Position numbers and translations under genes: made by a program | The notes under the pieces: model-generated | What the model saw: only the letters and a program-made list of their open reading frames with translations | The model's database searches: none | Told to the model about the DNA's origin: nothing | Assembly: GCA_013265495.1 (NCBI GenBank) | Contig: MU058337.1 | Span: forward strand, 1,294,777-1,358,776 | Length of the DNA: 64,000 nucleotides | Origin: Vicugna vicugna | Lineage: Eukaryota | Direction: 5' to 3' | In this document: positions 1 to 12,600 of the stretch, piece after piece | Layout of the letters: every line of letters begins with the position of its first letter | How positions within the stretch are numbered: position 1 is the stretch's first letter

Positions 1-894
1 TTTCTTGTTTGTAGAAATTTGGGGTTCCAAAGGCCTCTTTTCAATTCTACTGTTTCTGTCCCTTACAGTTCAAGCCAATAATGTTTTCACCAATAAGCTT
101 CCCTTAAAAACTTTGTGGGTCTCCTATGATCCCTGTTGGCACTCACTCCATTAGACAAAAGCCACAAACATCTCCCAAGATGTTTTGTGAGAGAAGGCTT
201 CCTCTACCTTTGGCTTCCTCTGAGACTGACAAGGAACAGCAATTTTAAGCTTTTCAGAAACTTAGTTTCTGAATGACCCTGAGGTACACATTAGATATGT
301 CTGCAGTCTTCACAAAGGACTGTACAGTCTCATCTGCAGCTATCTCTTCATATCATGTCTTCCTGGCAGTGCTCTGGATTTGACCTTGGCCCTAGAGCTA
401 TCTTTAACTTCAGCACCATTTGCTTTCTAGAGGGCCTGGGACTTCCAAAATTAGCAATTCCTGTCTCCTTTATGCTTCATAGATCTTCCTTCAGTCTATT
501 TCTGTTTTCTTGCATTTTACTGTAAGCGGCAAGCAGAAGCCGGGTAATCCCTTTAATCGTCTGCCTAGAAGTCAGCTAGATCCTCCGATTCGTTAGCTCC
601 ATTTTCTGCTCTCCACACTGCTTTCACCAGGGTTGCTAGCACCTTATGCTACCACAAAACGAGAATGGGTTACTTCCAGATTCTAATAATATTTTCCTCA
701 CTTTTCGTTAAGCCCTCACTTGCAGTCTTGGCGAAAACCATCAGGCTTCTATTAACGATCGCTTCAGACCTCAAGCTTTCATGAAAACCCTCCTCCAAGT
801 CCCTCCAGCTTCCACCGATGGAGCAATTCCACAGCCAAGCCCACATTTTTAGCTTTTTGCTATGGCCGTGCCCCACTGCCAAGATACCAAATTC
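1..894 (-). mobile_element. MaLR (MLT1-type) internal sequence, degraded
   Basis: Ends in ccccactgccaagataccaaattc directly abutting an LTR end (tgcattagtt...), the usual MaLR internal/LTR junction read antisense. Confidence 0.7.
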
Positions 895-975
895 TGCATT
901 AGTTTAACTGTAGCTAGATAACAAACTACTCCAAAACTTAGTGACTTGAAATAAAAATGATCGTCTACTGTCTGG
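895..975 (-). mobile_element. MLT1-type LTR fragment
   Basis: tgcattagtt...ataacaaactactccaaaacttagtgacttgaaa resembles the reverse complement of an MLT1 LTR 3' end. Confidence 0.7.
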
Positions 976-1189
976 CATTTTCTTTGTACATGAGATGCAG
1001 TATTTCTTTTGATATAGTCATGGTGGTTTACTGGGTAATTTGATATTTGAGAGGCGCTTGTTTGCATGGGTCAGATGAGAAAAAGCTGGAGTTCATCAGT
1101 ATTTTATGACATATTTGCAATAAATATGGACACTGGAAAACATCTACAAATAAGGCAATGTGCATATGTACTTGGTAAATCATAGCTAT

Positions 1190-1705
1190 TTCAATTCCGT
1201 ACTCATTGAGTGTTGTCTTAAAGGAACCGCGGTCTCACGGGGAAGGCAGCAGTACGTATAGGTGTCTGCAGTACAACACTAATTACCATATTCACAGCAG
1301 AGGAGCTAATAAAGTGCTATGAAAGTCTGAATAGGGAATACTCATTTTGACCAATTGGATCGGGATTTGTCTCAGAAAACTCAACTCTGGATGATAAATA
1401 AAATTTTCTTTCAAGAAGGGAAGAGATTATCTAAGTGAAGGAGACAAATGGAGGGAAAGATCTGGAGGCACCATAGGCTCACGACCTGATTTACAAAGTG
1501 GGAGGAACCTCGGGACTGGGAAGAGACATGGATGGAGCAGGCAGAGTGTGAGGGAGAGGTCTGAGTTAGGCTGAGGCTAGATTTGGGGGTGGGGGCTGTC
1601 CGGGGGATTCTGAACGCCTGACTCACAACCCACTGAAGGCAAAGGGGAATGGTGATTTTTGAGGAGGGAAATGACACATTAGGGATGTGTTTCACAAACC
1701 ATTAT
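1190..1705 (-). mobile_element. LINE-2 fragment
   Basis: Antisense L2-like motifs (aagtgctatgaaag; gattttgaggagggaaatgacacattagggatgtgtttc). Confidence 0.55.
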
Positions 1706-4534
1706 TAATCTTTTCTTCCATTTTAACACCTCCTGGATTTTCTGTGAGAACTCAGTATATTAATACATGAGAATGAAAGAATAAGCAAAGGGCTGGAATA
1801 GCTGTGGCTGGAACATAATGAAGAAAAATATTTGGAAATACTTCTCTTTAAATGCTCCCACTTCATTTCAATCACAGTAAAAATAACGACAAAGAATCAT
1901 GGCTCATTCTCTAATCGGATGCAAAGAAGGAAATAATCAGGGCTCCACGTCCCAAAATAGCAGCGGAACAGGAGTTTTCTTTGAAGGGTCTTTCGTGATT
2001 CTCTCTAGAGTCCCTGCCCTTCTTCAGAGATTTCAGAAGTAGTAACATACCTTACTCAACAAAAACATGTCAAAAAAAACAAGCAAAAAATCCTCATTTT
2101 CTCTTTTGAGCTGCATTTTCCTCCCAGACAAGGACCCAGGAAATCAGGTCCTCAAGCTTCCCCACGAGCGGCACAGGCCTGCCAGCGCGGGGCGGAGCGA
2201 GGACTCGGGCCACCCTGACAGCGGCAGTGCTTTCTCAGACCCCGAGATGCCGGAGCTCATGAAAGGCTGACAAATAGCCACCTTTGAATGCTGCCCTTTC
2301 AAATTTGCTTTTACTGTAGGGCTTAATTTTTTTTTTAAGAATTATCAGAAAGTGGTCTTTTACTGAAGCTCAGTTAGAACACAAAGCAGAAAACGCCAGG
2401 ATCTAACTCATTTTTCAGCCAGCGTTCCCAAGATATTTGCTGTTGAATGATGAATGGCTGGGGTGTGGGAGGTCACACAGAAGTGCTCAGAGGTGAGAGG
2501 CAAAGCAGCTAAAATGAGCAGAGGAAGGGGCAGGACTGCACGTCTCAGTCTGGGGAGCAGACTGGCATTTCTAGAAAATGAGGAAACTTGTAAAAGACAG
2601 AAAAAAGGATATTAGTTTAAGAAATGGAGCCGAAGACAGGATATGCTACAGCATCTACTGATTACAAATAAGATGCAAAATGGGAGAGCTGCCCCTTTAT
2701 TTTTTTAATTACTGTTTTAATACCCTCTGGTCAATAGGTAGATTGGGGGATAAAATGTACAAGCTAGAAATAAAACAGGGAAAAGCATAATAATAAATTG
2801 CTCTTATTTCTAAACATCATCATCTGTTCTCTTAATTGAAATTATATACAAATCGTTTAGGTGGTGTTTAAAATGTAATGGAATAATATCCTTTCTACAC
2901 TCACTAAGTCAAGTTTCAGTCAATTGTGTTAGCGTCAAAAGTGAAAATTGTTAGAATAAATATCACTGTGGGTTAAACTTAAACTTTAAAATGTCTAGAA
3001 AGGTGAAATTTTAGATTTTTACACCAGTTTCTCTGCCATTTCACAAGTCTGCATCTTTGTCCTCTTACACATGAAGATGAGCTAAGACTAACATGGGAGG
3101 AGAGAGAAAGCACCAGAAACGAGATGGACTCCGTCTTGCTTCTCCCAAAGCTGCATGAGAGCGATCTGCTGGAAAAGGAGCTTGAAAATACGGAGAAAAT
3201 AGGGCAGAGAATTAAGGACTATGAAAGCACACATTTTCCGCTGGTCTCTGTGCCGTGTTGATTACTGCAACAAAAGGGGCCTTTAAAAATACAGGATCCT
3301 TTCTTCCTCCCATAGAGGATTCATAAGAGGACAAAAAGGGACAAGGGCACCTGTGCTGTGGGAGCTTCTGCTGTCCCCCCTTGTCTCTGCTGGGACTCTC
3401 CCCTTACCTCTGATGGAGCTGTCACTTGGGGGATTACGTCAGCACTTTCCGATCACCCTCAGTAGGGCTCCCGGGGAGTATACGGGGACGCCGCGTGGCC
3501 GCGCGTGCCAAGTCGTGCCCCTCACAGCCCCGCCTTCTGAACGAGAGGCCCCCGGAGGCCGGTGGAGCATTAGCTAATTTCTTCGGGGCTGATCCCAAAG
3601 CCTTCCAGAATAGAATAGAAGAAAAACATCAGACAGGCACTGAGCTCTGTCTCTGCCCACCTGGAAGCTGTCACTGGAGTGACACTTGAGTCTCACACTC
3701 CAGTGTCCTCCATTCTGGAACGTGGCAGGCTTGGGCCCAGGGAGCCGGCTGACATCCGAGCTCCTGCATCTTTGCCTCTGCACGCCGACAGTGGGAGTTC
3801 TCTCACCAAAAAAACAGATGGTGGTGTTTCAAGACGTCGCTTCCAGTGGAAAGGTAGATGAAAAAGCAAACGAGGAAGAGAGCCCAGGGGAAACTGCACG
3901 GTGTGGGAGCCACCACCGGAGCCCAGAATGAAGCAGCAGTGAAAACAGGTTGAGCTGATTCGTAGATCAGCTAACAGGAAGAAATGACAGTTACAGAAGA
4001 TGTATTGCAAGATGTACTTCAGTCCTCAAGGAGAACAGAAGCGCTGCTTTCTCTCTGAAGTGTGTCCCTTCTAAAGCCACTAGATACCAGGGTCGTTGTC
4101 ACCAAACCAGAGACCAGTGGGATTCAACTATGGAATCCGGACTCAGCAATTTCTCCCAGACAATGCTTCCCACCCCTGGCAGCACAGGACACACCAGGTA
4201 CCACAAAACACTAAAAGTACATTCGCAAAATGCATTGGTAAATGGGGTCTTAGGTGGGGTCCTCCATCCTTAGCTGTGGGGTCTGGCTAGAGAGTATGTT
4301 ACATTTTATCGGATTTTAAAAGCAGCTTAGAGAACAGAAATAGTGCTTAATGTTGATTTCATAAGAAAAGGCAGAATGTGGAACAAAGAAATGATTTGAA
4401 TATACTACCTGCAAAAACTACAGTATTATATAATATGACCGAATATTTGCTTTGAATTAGCTTGAGGCTTTAAAGTGGAGAAGGACATGACTAAGGTTAT
4501 TCTGCTTGGGACCGTCTACAGGAGCATCGACAAC

Positions 4535-4643
4535 CCGGAAGTACGCAGACTCTTTTACGTGCACGCCAGGGACGTCGAGGCACGTTTCTTTTCACGTGAC
4601 AATCCTCCACGGTGTCTTCCTCGGAAAATAGGTCCTGACGTCA
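4535..4643. promoter_or_regulatory. Dense TF motif cluster (ETS, HRE, E-box/CLEAR, CRE); putative promoter or enhancer
   Basis: CCGGAAGT 4535-4542, TACGTG 4556-4561, GACGTC 4571-4576, TCACGTGA 4592-4599 and TGACGTCA 4636-4643 in unique, locally CpG-rich DNA. Confidence 0.5.
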
Positions 4644-5374
4644 AGTCCCAGGATGGGCTGCAGTGACTTAAAGTGAATTTTAATCGCTGAAATCCAAAGC
4701 CCCATAAATATCAATCAGAGGATTTCTCCCAGAAAGTTTCTTTCCTGGATTAACAGCAGGACGCAAACTTCAGGCAAATATCGAAGAGATGTTTGGTGAA
4801 GATGGCAGCAGAGCCCCTGAGAAGAGCAGTTCCTAGTGAGGCGCTTTTCTCTTTTTATTTGAGAAGCACATGGGGTTACAAATCTGTAACCAGAAGCAAA
4901 GAGGGTGAAATACTCAAGCCATTATGAGCCAATAGATGTGTGTCTGCAATTCTAAGTACAACAGTGAAAAAGATCCCAGGACGGGAAGCACACGGTGGCT
5001 TTAACTCCAGAGACAAGTTCTAGATGCACAAGATGTTCTCAAAGAGAGCAAAGAACCGAGGATATATTTGGGATATAACCTATTGCTGAAAAATGATAGG
5101 AAAGTCGTCAGTCCATAGATATCTTGCAAGAGGGATCAACTCTCACTGCTACCACTCACCATTTAATCTTAACAACACCGAGAGGAAAAAAGCCAAATTC
5201 ACACCAACAGAAATATACAGGCATCATTTTTGCAATCCCCTCCATAGCAGTTTCCATCTAAGACAAGGTGAAACTGTAAACAGCATCCGCTGATGCTAAT
5301 ATCAACTATTCTAGAATGGACATATTTGTGTTTCAATGGTTGTATTTTGTGAGCAACTTTGTCTCCTCCCCTCT

Positions 5375-5790
5375 TTTCCGCCGTCTGCTCCTTCCTTGTG
5401 CCACCCAACTCCCTGGACCCTCAGGACTTTTGCACGTGCTGTTTCCTCTTATTAGAACACTGTCTGTAGACATCTGCGTGACTCACCTCCTCCCGAACAG
5501 TGGCTCAGGCCCTACATCCATCTCCCTGATTAGAGGCTTCCTGGGTCACTCAATGACTCACAACTGTTCCCAGTCTCCACAAAACCCCTTCTCTCTTAGC
5601 CTGTTTTGTTGTTCTCCAAATATTTGTTACCACCTGGAAGACCATGTATTTTTAATTCTTTATTGATTTTCTTTACCCATTAAAATGTAAGCTCCATGGG
5701 AGATCTTTTGTTCAGTGCAGGTTCCCAGCCCTGGAACACCTTTTACACATAGTAGGTGCTCAATAAATATTGACTGACTAACTGAATGAA
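5375..5790 (+). mobile_element. LINE-2 (L2a-like) 3' end
   Basis: tttgcacgtgctgtttcctct...aatgtaagctccatggg...catagtaggtgctcaataaatattgactga...tgaatgaa is a canonical L2 tail. Confidence 0.85.
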
Positions 5791-6069
5791 GATATCACAA
5801 TTAAAGCCCCATTACACTTCCCGTTTCCTGCTGCCCTCCACACAACTGGGAACGTGGTCATCTTCCTCAGGCTCAGATGTGGGCATGTCACTCCCTTGTT
5901 TGAAAATCTTCAACAGCAAACACAGAAATGAATAACTTAGGAGGCTCCCCACATAAGATAAAGCCTAAATCAAAGCCTAAATCCCTTAAACTGGCTCACA
6001 AGGCTTTTGATAATCTGACTCCTGGATGTATCTCCATATCTGTTTCCTATTACTTTACCCATCATGTGC

Positions 6070-6200
6070 TGGAAGTGTGAATTTTGGAACTAAATTACCA
6101 GGTTCAAACTTTGGCTCTATCACTTATCACCTGTGTGTCCATACATTTTCATATTGTTTCCTTTGTAAAATGGCGATAATTATAGCACCCACCTTGTAGA
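6070..6200 (+). mobile_element. MIR fragment
   Basis: ggttcaaactttggctctatcacttat...tgtaaaatggcgataattatagcacccacct matches the MIR core. Confidence 0.65.
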
Positions 6201-6239
6201 TCATGTCTTGAAAAAATTAGAGGGAAAAAAAAAACAACT

Positions 6240-7110
6240 CAATAAGTCACCTACAGTGTGACCCAGCAAAACCATCCCTAGGGATTTACCAAAAAGAAAT
6301 GAAAACCTAAGTTCACAAAGATCTGGTGCCAAATGTTCATAACAGCTTTATTCACGACAGCCCCAAACTGGAAAGAGCCCAGATATTCATCAGTAGGTGA
6401 GCACACACTCGGCGGTATAGCCACACAATGGAATACTACTGAGCAGTGAAAAAGGAAGAGTGATGGATACAGGTAACAACACAGGTGGATTTCAAAGGCG
6501 TTATGCTGAGTGGAAGCTGTGTGACACAGAGGAGGCTACATTGTATTGATATGAAATTCTAGAGGAGGGAAGATATCACCAGTGGTGGAAGAAAATAAGA
6601 AGAGTGCTTGCCCCTGGGAAAGTGGGTGAGGATTGACTGGGAAGAGATTGGAGGGAATGCTCTGGGATGAAGGTGATGTTCTGGATCTTGATAGCATTGG
6701 ATTGGTCATTGGGTTACACAGGTGTAAACATCTGCCAATATTCAGAGAATGTACACTTAGAATTTATGCATTTCATTTTAGGGAAATCTTACATCAAAAG
6801 AATATAAATAAATATTACATTCCAATTCTTGATATGCATGCTTAAGTACTCAGGAGGAATTGCACTATCTGCAATTTACTTTACATGTATCAAATACATA
6901 CAGCGAAATCTGCAGTTTACTTTGAAATGTATCCAAAACAAAGGGTGATTAATTGATAGAGAGAGAAAAATGACAGACATGTGATAAAGAACTTTAGTTA
7001 AATGTTAATGCTAGAATCCAGTGGTGAATATACTGATGTTCACCTAAAAATGCCTTCAACTTTGCTGTATCTGAACCTTTTCATAATGAAACACTGGAAA
7101 AAATATAAAA
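6240..7110 (+). mobile_element. Ancient L1 (L1MC/L1MD-like) 3' region
   Basis: gacccagcaa...gggatttaccaaaaagaaatgaaaac...cacaatggaatactact, followed by an L1M-type 3' UTR and an A-rich end. Confidence 0.85.
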
Positions 7111-7728
7111 GACGTCTAACAAAAACATATATTGAGATTACCATTATGCAAAGTGATTTTACACTTGTGTGTTTTCCATAAAAGTAAACCTAAGCAAGTT
7201 TCCTTTAGTCCTTTGAAACTCAGTATTATATAGTGCCTGACAGTTACTGACAGATTTACCCTACACTAGCACTAACCATATTTTTCCTCATTGACCAGTT
7301 TTATAGAACAGAAGTTAAATGAGCCCAGTCTTTTGCAATTAATTTTTATAGCATCATTGATTAAATTTCCCCAAATAATTTATTTCTCACTTCATACTCT
7401 AGAAGGTAATCCCATTAAATATAGTAGCGTAACGTTTTTAAACCTGAGTGCCTTAGCTTCCCATTGAAAGATTTACATAGGTCTGAAACAAGAGCTATTT
7501 CTGCCTAATGATCTGTATGTAAAGCAACAGAAATATAGACGATAGGAAGGAATAATCAATGTATAAAATGCCATATATCTCCTAAGAGTTGTCTAAAGAA
7601 TCGAAGTTCTGCTGGGGTGGGTCATCGTATGTCGCCATGACTCCAGTTAGCTAAACACGAAAAATATATGTTTCCCTTGAATTTAACATGACCTCCGCAC
7701 AGCTGAGGTAGTAAACCATTCGGTGTGG

Positions 7729-7762
7729 GCCATTCGAATATACAGCCATTCGAATATACAGC
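7729..7762. repeat. Perfect 16-bp tandem duplication (GCCATTCGAATATACA x2)
   Basis: Units at 7729-7744 and 7745-7760, followed by GC. Confidence 0.9.
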
Positions 7763-8714
7763 TAATTATCTAATTCGGTCAGTAAATAAAATAAAGCAAT
7801 TGTCTGCAGCCTACAGGGCACCAGATAGACTGTCTGGGAAGTTACAGAAGGCACAGATGCAGCCCCTAACCTTGGAGAGGCTTTCATCAAAGACAGTTAA
7901 AGGTGCAGTGGGAAAACCAAGAAGGCCCTGCAGTGAAGGAAATTTCTGCCTTGCTCAGGGACAATGCAAAGATAATGAAAAAATACAGACTATGATGTCA
8001 TAAAAAAAATACAACACATATAAAGATGAAGTAGTCTAAAGCACCTCTCTGTAGCCAGCGGTAGGTTGTTAGTGACACTTTACAGGTCAGTGATTTCAGT
8101 GTAGTCACTTAATGCTGAATTTAGAGAAAGGAAAATAAATATTTTCTAACTCTACACTCACTCATGACTAGCCCTTACTGAACACTTGTTTTAGGCACTC
8201 TGTTAAATGCTTTCCTACTGCGAGTAGAAAAGTTCTCCTAGTAATTTTATAAGGTTGCTGCTAGTTTCCTTGTGTTCTACTGATAAAAATAACTGAGGTC
8301 TAGGAGCTGTTACCTGCACAGGTCTATGTACTCGAAGGATGGGACAGACAAATGAGAACTGTGACCGTGAGAGTCCACGGGCTGGAATCCTGCAGCCAGC
8401 CTTTCGAATACACTAGAAAAGCAGCGCCTACCTCAGAAACAAGTCTTACAGTCAGGATTGGGTTAAACAGAGAATTTACATATGTACTCTTGTGCATTCT
8501 AAAACGTGTCCAATAACAAGCGATCTAGACAAGAAACAAAAAAATTTAGATTTCAAGATGCCACGAAAAAACAGGAAACACGAGTATTTTGGAGAATTTT
8601 TTAAAACGTAGACAAAACTTTCTCGTGCGTAGCTCCTTCCATTTAATGTAGAAGTCAGGAAAGGAGCAGTGTCCTCACCAAACACCATCTAGCACGGTCA
8701 CCTTCCCATGACTA

Positions 8715-8880
8715 ACAACTGACTTTTATTGCACACTTACTGTGTACGGGACACCGTTCCAGCCCACTATGCGGGCCACTCCGTACCCCACTTTTCACAG
8801 GTAAGAAAACTGAGGAACAGACAGATTAGGGGAACTCGCCCAAGGTCACTCGGCTGCTGGAGCTGGCTTCACACCCAGAG
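8715..8880 (-). mobile_element. MIR
   Basis: ccccacttttcacaggtaagaaaactgaggaacagacagatt...ctcgcccaaggtcac is the antisense MIR core. Confidence 0.8.
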
Positions 8881-9608
8881 ACCACCTTTCCCTGAGGCCG
8901 CACTCCCGCCAACTCAAGTACACTGCCTCACCCCCAGAATGAAGTGTGCACTTTTTGATCTGGCCAGTTCCTCTGTGTGGGGGCAGGACTTTCTTTAAAC
9001 AGTATGTGATGCACCTGCTAACCAGCTCCAACTCTGTTTCCGAGCTATACCGCTCCACGCCAGGTCTGCGCTTCTGATGGGGCTATTCGCCTTCCTTCCC
9101 CAGCTTTCAGGATGAAATGGGAGAAAGTGGCATGTGTAGCTACATCTCTCTCTAACTTTTTCTCCGTCTGTCTACCCATTCACAGCTTTTCTCTTCTTCT
9201 GTAGAGAAGATTCCTTGTAGAGAGACTGGCTTTAGCTGTAGCCATCCAAAAGCAACAGATGTTTGAGATGAAACAATGTATACAACAGTCATTTCATCCT
9301 TGACAGCAATCAAAATCGCTTTCTACATACTGATATAAATATATACATGTGTCTGTGCACACAGAAATACTATGTATAGATAGATAGAAATGATTTATAG
9401 ATATGTCTATGTACCTATCTGTACACATATACATGTGCTGATAGATCACAGATAGATAGAAAATAGATGATGGAGGTATGGGTATTATTAAGGGTGGACG
9501 AGGAAAGTTTAATTCTTACTTTCTATAATGAACCATTTTTTCCTCCAAATTAGCTGATTTTTATCTTAGCTGTTAGTGTAGATATGTGTTATTGTTGGTT
9601 TGCCTTAG

Positions 9609-9701
9609 ACAGATTCAAATTTGGGGGACTGACTATGTATCTTTGATGGTCACAGCTGTGTGACCTACTTTGTGCAGCCACCTTGCTCTGTTCAGTATAA
9701 G
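9609..9701 (+). other. Candidate non-coding (5' UTR or lncRNA) exon
   Basis: Acceptor gtttgccttag| and strong donor AAG|gtgagt; stops in all three frames. Confidence 0.3.
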
Positions 9702-10653
9702 GTGAGTCTTCTCCAAGTGAGTGGTGTAAACCAAACCTCAACCATTATGACTTTAAAACTCACCAAACAAGGGTCCCTATGACTAGCAGCCCTGCATTAT
9801 GAAAACTGGGCTGTAAGTCCTCATAATTCCAATTCAAAAGCATTGTGAGCTGTCTGTAGATGTATCTAAATAATATATATATATATATATAAAAGCCATA
9901 AAGTTCTATACTTAAAATAAATATCTTAATTTTATTTTTAATTATTTTCCAGATAAAGAGACACAAAGAAAATAGATCTTTAAAGCCTTCAGAAAGGAGT
10001 CACATAAAAATAATAATAATCTGCAATTCAGAGCTTTGTTTTTCACAAAGGTAATAAATAAAACATTCTCCTTTGAGCTTGCTTTATTGTGCAGAAAAAG
10101 ACTGATTAGGTCAAACTGTTCTTTCTACTACTTTTCGACATGCCAGGCAGAGATAGTAACATTTCTAAAGAGAAATGGAAGCTGTTCCAGGGTCTGAAGC
10201 AGGATTAGGGTTAATCAACCTAAAATCAGACATCGGTTGTGTCGTCTTCCCTCTCTTACCTCCTTTCTGTTGGTTTTTTGTTTTTTGTTCTTACTGTGGA
10301 GCAATGGTGAGCCAAAGGAAAGGAAAGCAGGCTATGGTCACAAACCTTCTAAAGTTTCCTTTGACTGTCATTCTGGAGAAAGAAATGACAAGCTAAGCCC
10401 TGGGCTGACTTTCTCAGGACTGGTGTTGCAACAGGTGTCCTCTTCACATCACAAACTCTTTGCAACACAGCTTCAGTCTTTGTTCTAAGCGCAACCCTCC
10501 CCAGGTTCTCTCTGTGGTCACCAGGAAGCTAACAATGCATCCTTCCCGTCTGTCCAAGAGTCCTGCTGAGAGAAGCGTGCCCTCCCAGTTTCAATGATCA
10601 ACATATTCTGTTTCTACTCATGCAATATAACACACAAAACAGTCTTCTGGCCG

Positions 10654-10671
10654 CACACACACACACACACA
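10654..10671. repeat. (CA)9 microsatellite
   Basis: Read directly from the sequence. Confidence 0.9.
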
Positions 10672-11959
10672 GGAGCCGGTTACAAAGCGCACTGCCAAGT
10701 TGCCTTAAATATCTCTCAATCCTATTTTAGTACTTCCACCGCCAAAGGCAGCCTGCCTCCTGTGTGGCGCTCCTCCATAGACCTTCACAGACACACGCTG
10801 AGAGCAGTGTCCGCTGAACAGCACACACACTCAACAAGAAATGCAACGATGGCCACTGACCCGTGTCCAGAGCAGACTCGTCCGTGCCATGACTGCGTGT
10901 CCACACGGCTTACTCAGGGACAGCCTCCTAACTTTCTTCTCTTTCGGATTCAAGGTTCACTCATCCGTGCCTTGGGAGACACAAACAACAGACCATAACA
11001 ATGAGAGCAGAAAATCATGAACCCTTCACATCTCCCAGACTGTAGAAGATCTTGCTCAGAGGGGAAAAAAGTACTAATGGATCTTGTTCAAAACGTTGCT
11101 TGTGCTGAAAGTGGTGTCTCGGTGACACTCCGTGAGTGAACCACAGACACTAGCATCGGCACCTCTGTGTCTGATTGCACCTCCTCACGGCATTTCACAT
11201 CCTAAAAAGGAAGGCTCTTCACTTGCCATGTGCATCAATCTCTCACATGCATCAATCTTTCAAAAGATTCTAAAAACTGAAAGAGTAATTGAAAAAAAAT
11301 ATATTTTTTTCAAGAGGAAAGAGAAAGAATTCCTTTTTCAGGGTCACGAAAGGGATAAAACTAATGAGAAGAGTTGACAGACAATTCCACTGCATGGCTA
11401 CTAAATCGCTCTTTTCTTGAATTTAAATGATAATCTGACAGGTAAATCTACATTAAACATATTTACTTCTAGAATATATATTCACATTAGTTCATTATCT
11501 TTAGGTGTAATTGAGTGCTTGTAAATATTTGGGAGTGACTAATTTGACTAACTTCTTAACGTCTCTCCTAATCTGTTTTATTTAAATGTGTGTTCAGTTT
11601 ATATTATTGACATTGATGGTGCTTGGCTTACCCTCCAGAATTTTATGCAACATTTTCATGCCAAAATAAACCCCCAATTTCAGTTCAGCCTGCTACCATA
11701 CTTCTATTCTATCTTTTACAGTTTCTAAAATATACATTTTTGTAATCAAAGCCCTGATGTATTCTAAAAAAAAAAACTTTAAGTTGACATAAACAACCCA
11801 ACTTCTTAAAATAAAAACATTTTGTTATATCAAAACCTCAGTGAGCTACCTTTTTCTTTGAAATGTAGGCATCATGATAATAAAGTTCATTTTAAATATT
11901 GAAAGAGAATTTATATTTTGTGATTTTTGTCTATTTAAGAATTGCAAAAGGGGAACCAC

Positions 11960-12600
11960 CTCACCAAAATTTAAAAATACAACTAAAATGAAAAGATAAC
12001 ATTTTTCACTAACAGATTGGCAAAAATGGAAAAAGAGCAACCATGCCCCAGCACTGGCCAAAGCATCCCTCTTAAACCCTCCCGTGGAGCTGCAGATTTC
12101 CACGCTGTCACTAATATAGGAAAGTCTTTAAAATACGCATACCATCTGATGCATTAATTCTATTGTTCAGAACCAAATTTATGGAAATAACCAGAAATAT
12201 TGGAAAGTTATACATACAAGGACATTCACACCCAGTCGTTTATAATAAACAGCTAAAGTTACTAAGCAGCACAAATATTTAGAGAAAGGATTTAAGGAAA
12301 CACCTATGAAAGAACACTGGGTAGTCATTTAAAATAAAGTTGTCACGAAATATCTATTGGCGTAAAGACACTCATGCTATATTACCAAGCACAAGGGGTA
12401 GGCTGCATAGAGCATAATGCCAGTTTTCACTAACTTACATGTATTATCATAAATTCATGACACAAAGGTAAGAAGAGATATACCCCAAAATGGGAGCATC
12501 ACTTATATTTGACTTGTGAGGCAATGGGAGACAATCTGGTTTTCCTTTAATCATCATTGGCGTTTGCTTTCATTATTTAATTTTTTATCTTTTCTTCAGA
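11960..12600 (+). mobile_element. Ancient L1 (L1ME-like) fragment
   Basis: aaaatgaaaagataacatttttcactaacagattggcaaaaat...catacaaggacattcac resemble L1 ORF2-end and 3' UTR motifs. Confidence 0.65.

Noticed and set aside
7704..7713. TGAGGTAGTA, identical to the first 10 nt of let-7
   Set aside because: The rest of the mature sequence and the complementary arm are absent; chance match.
8798..8806. Strong donor CAG|GTAAGA
   Set aside because: Lies inside a MIR core with no convincing acceptor.
9630..9632. In-frame TGA as possible selenocysteine
   Set aside because: No selenoprotein similarity and no SECIS identified.
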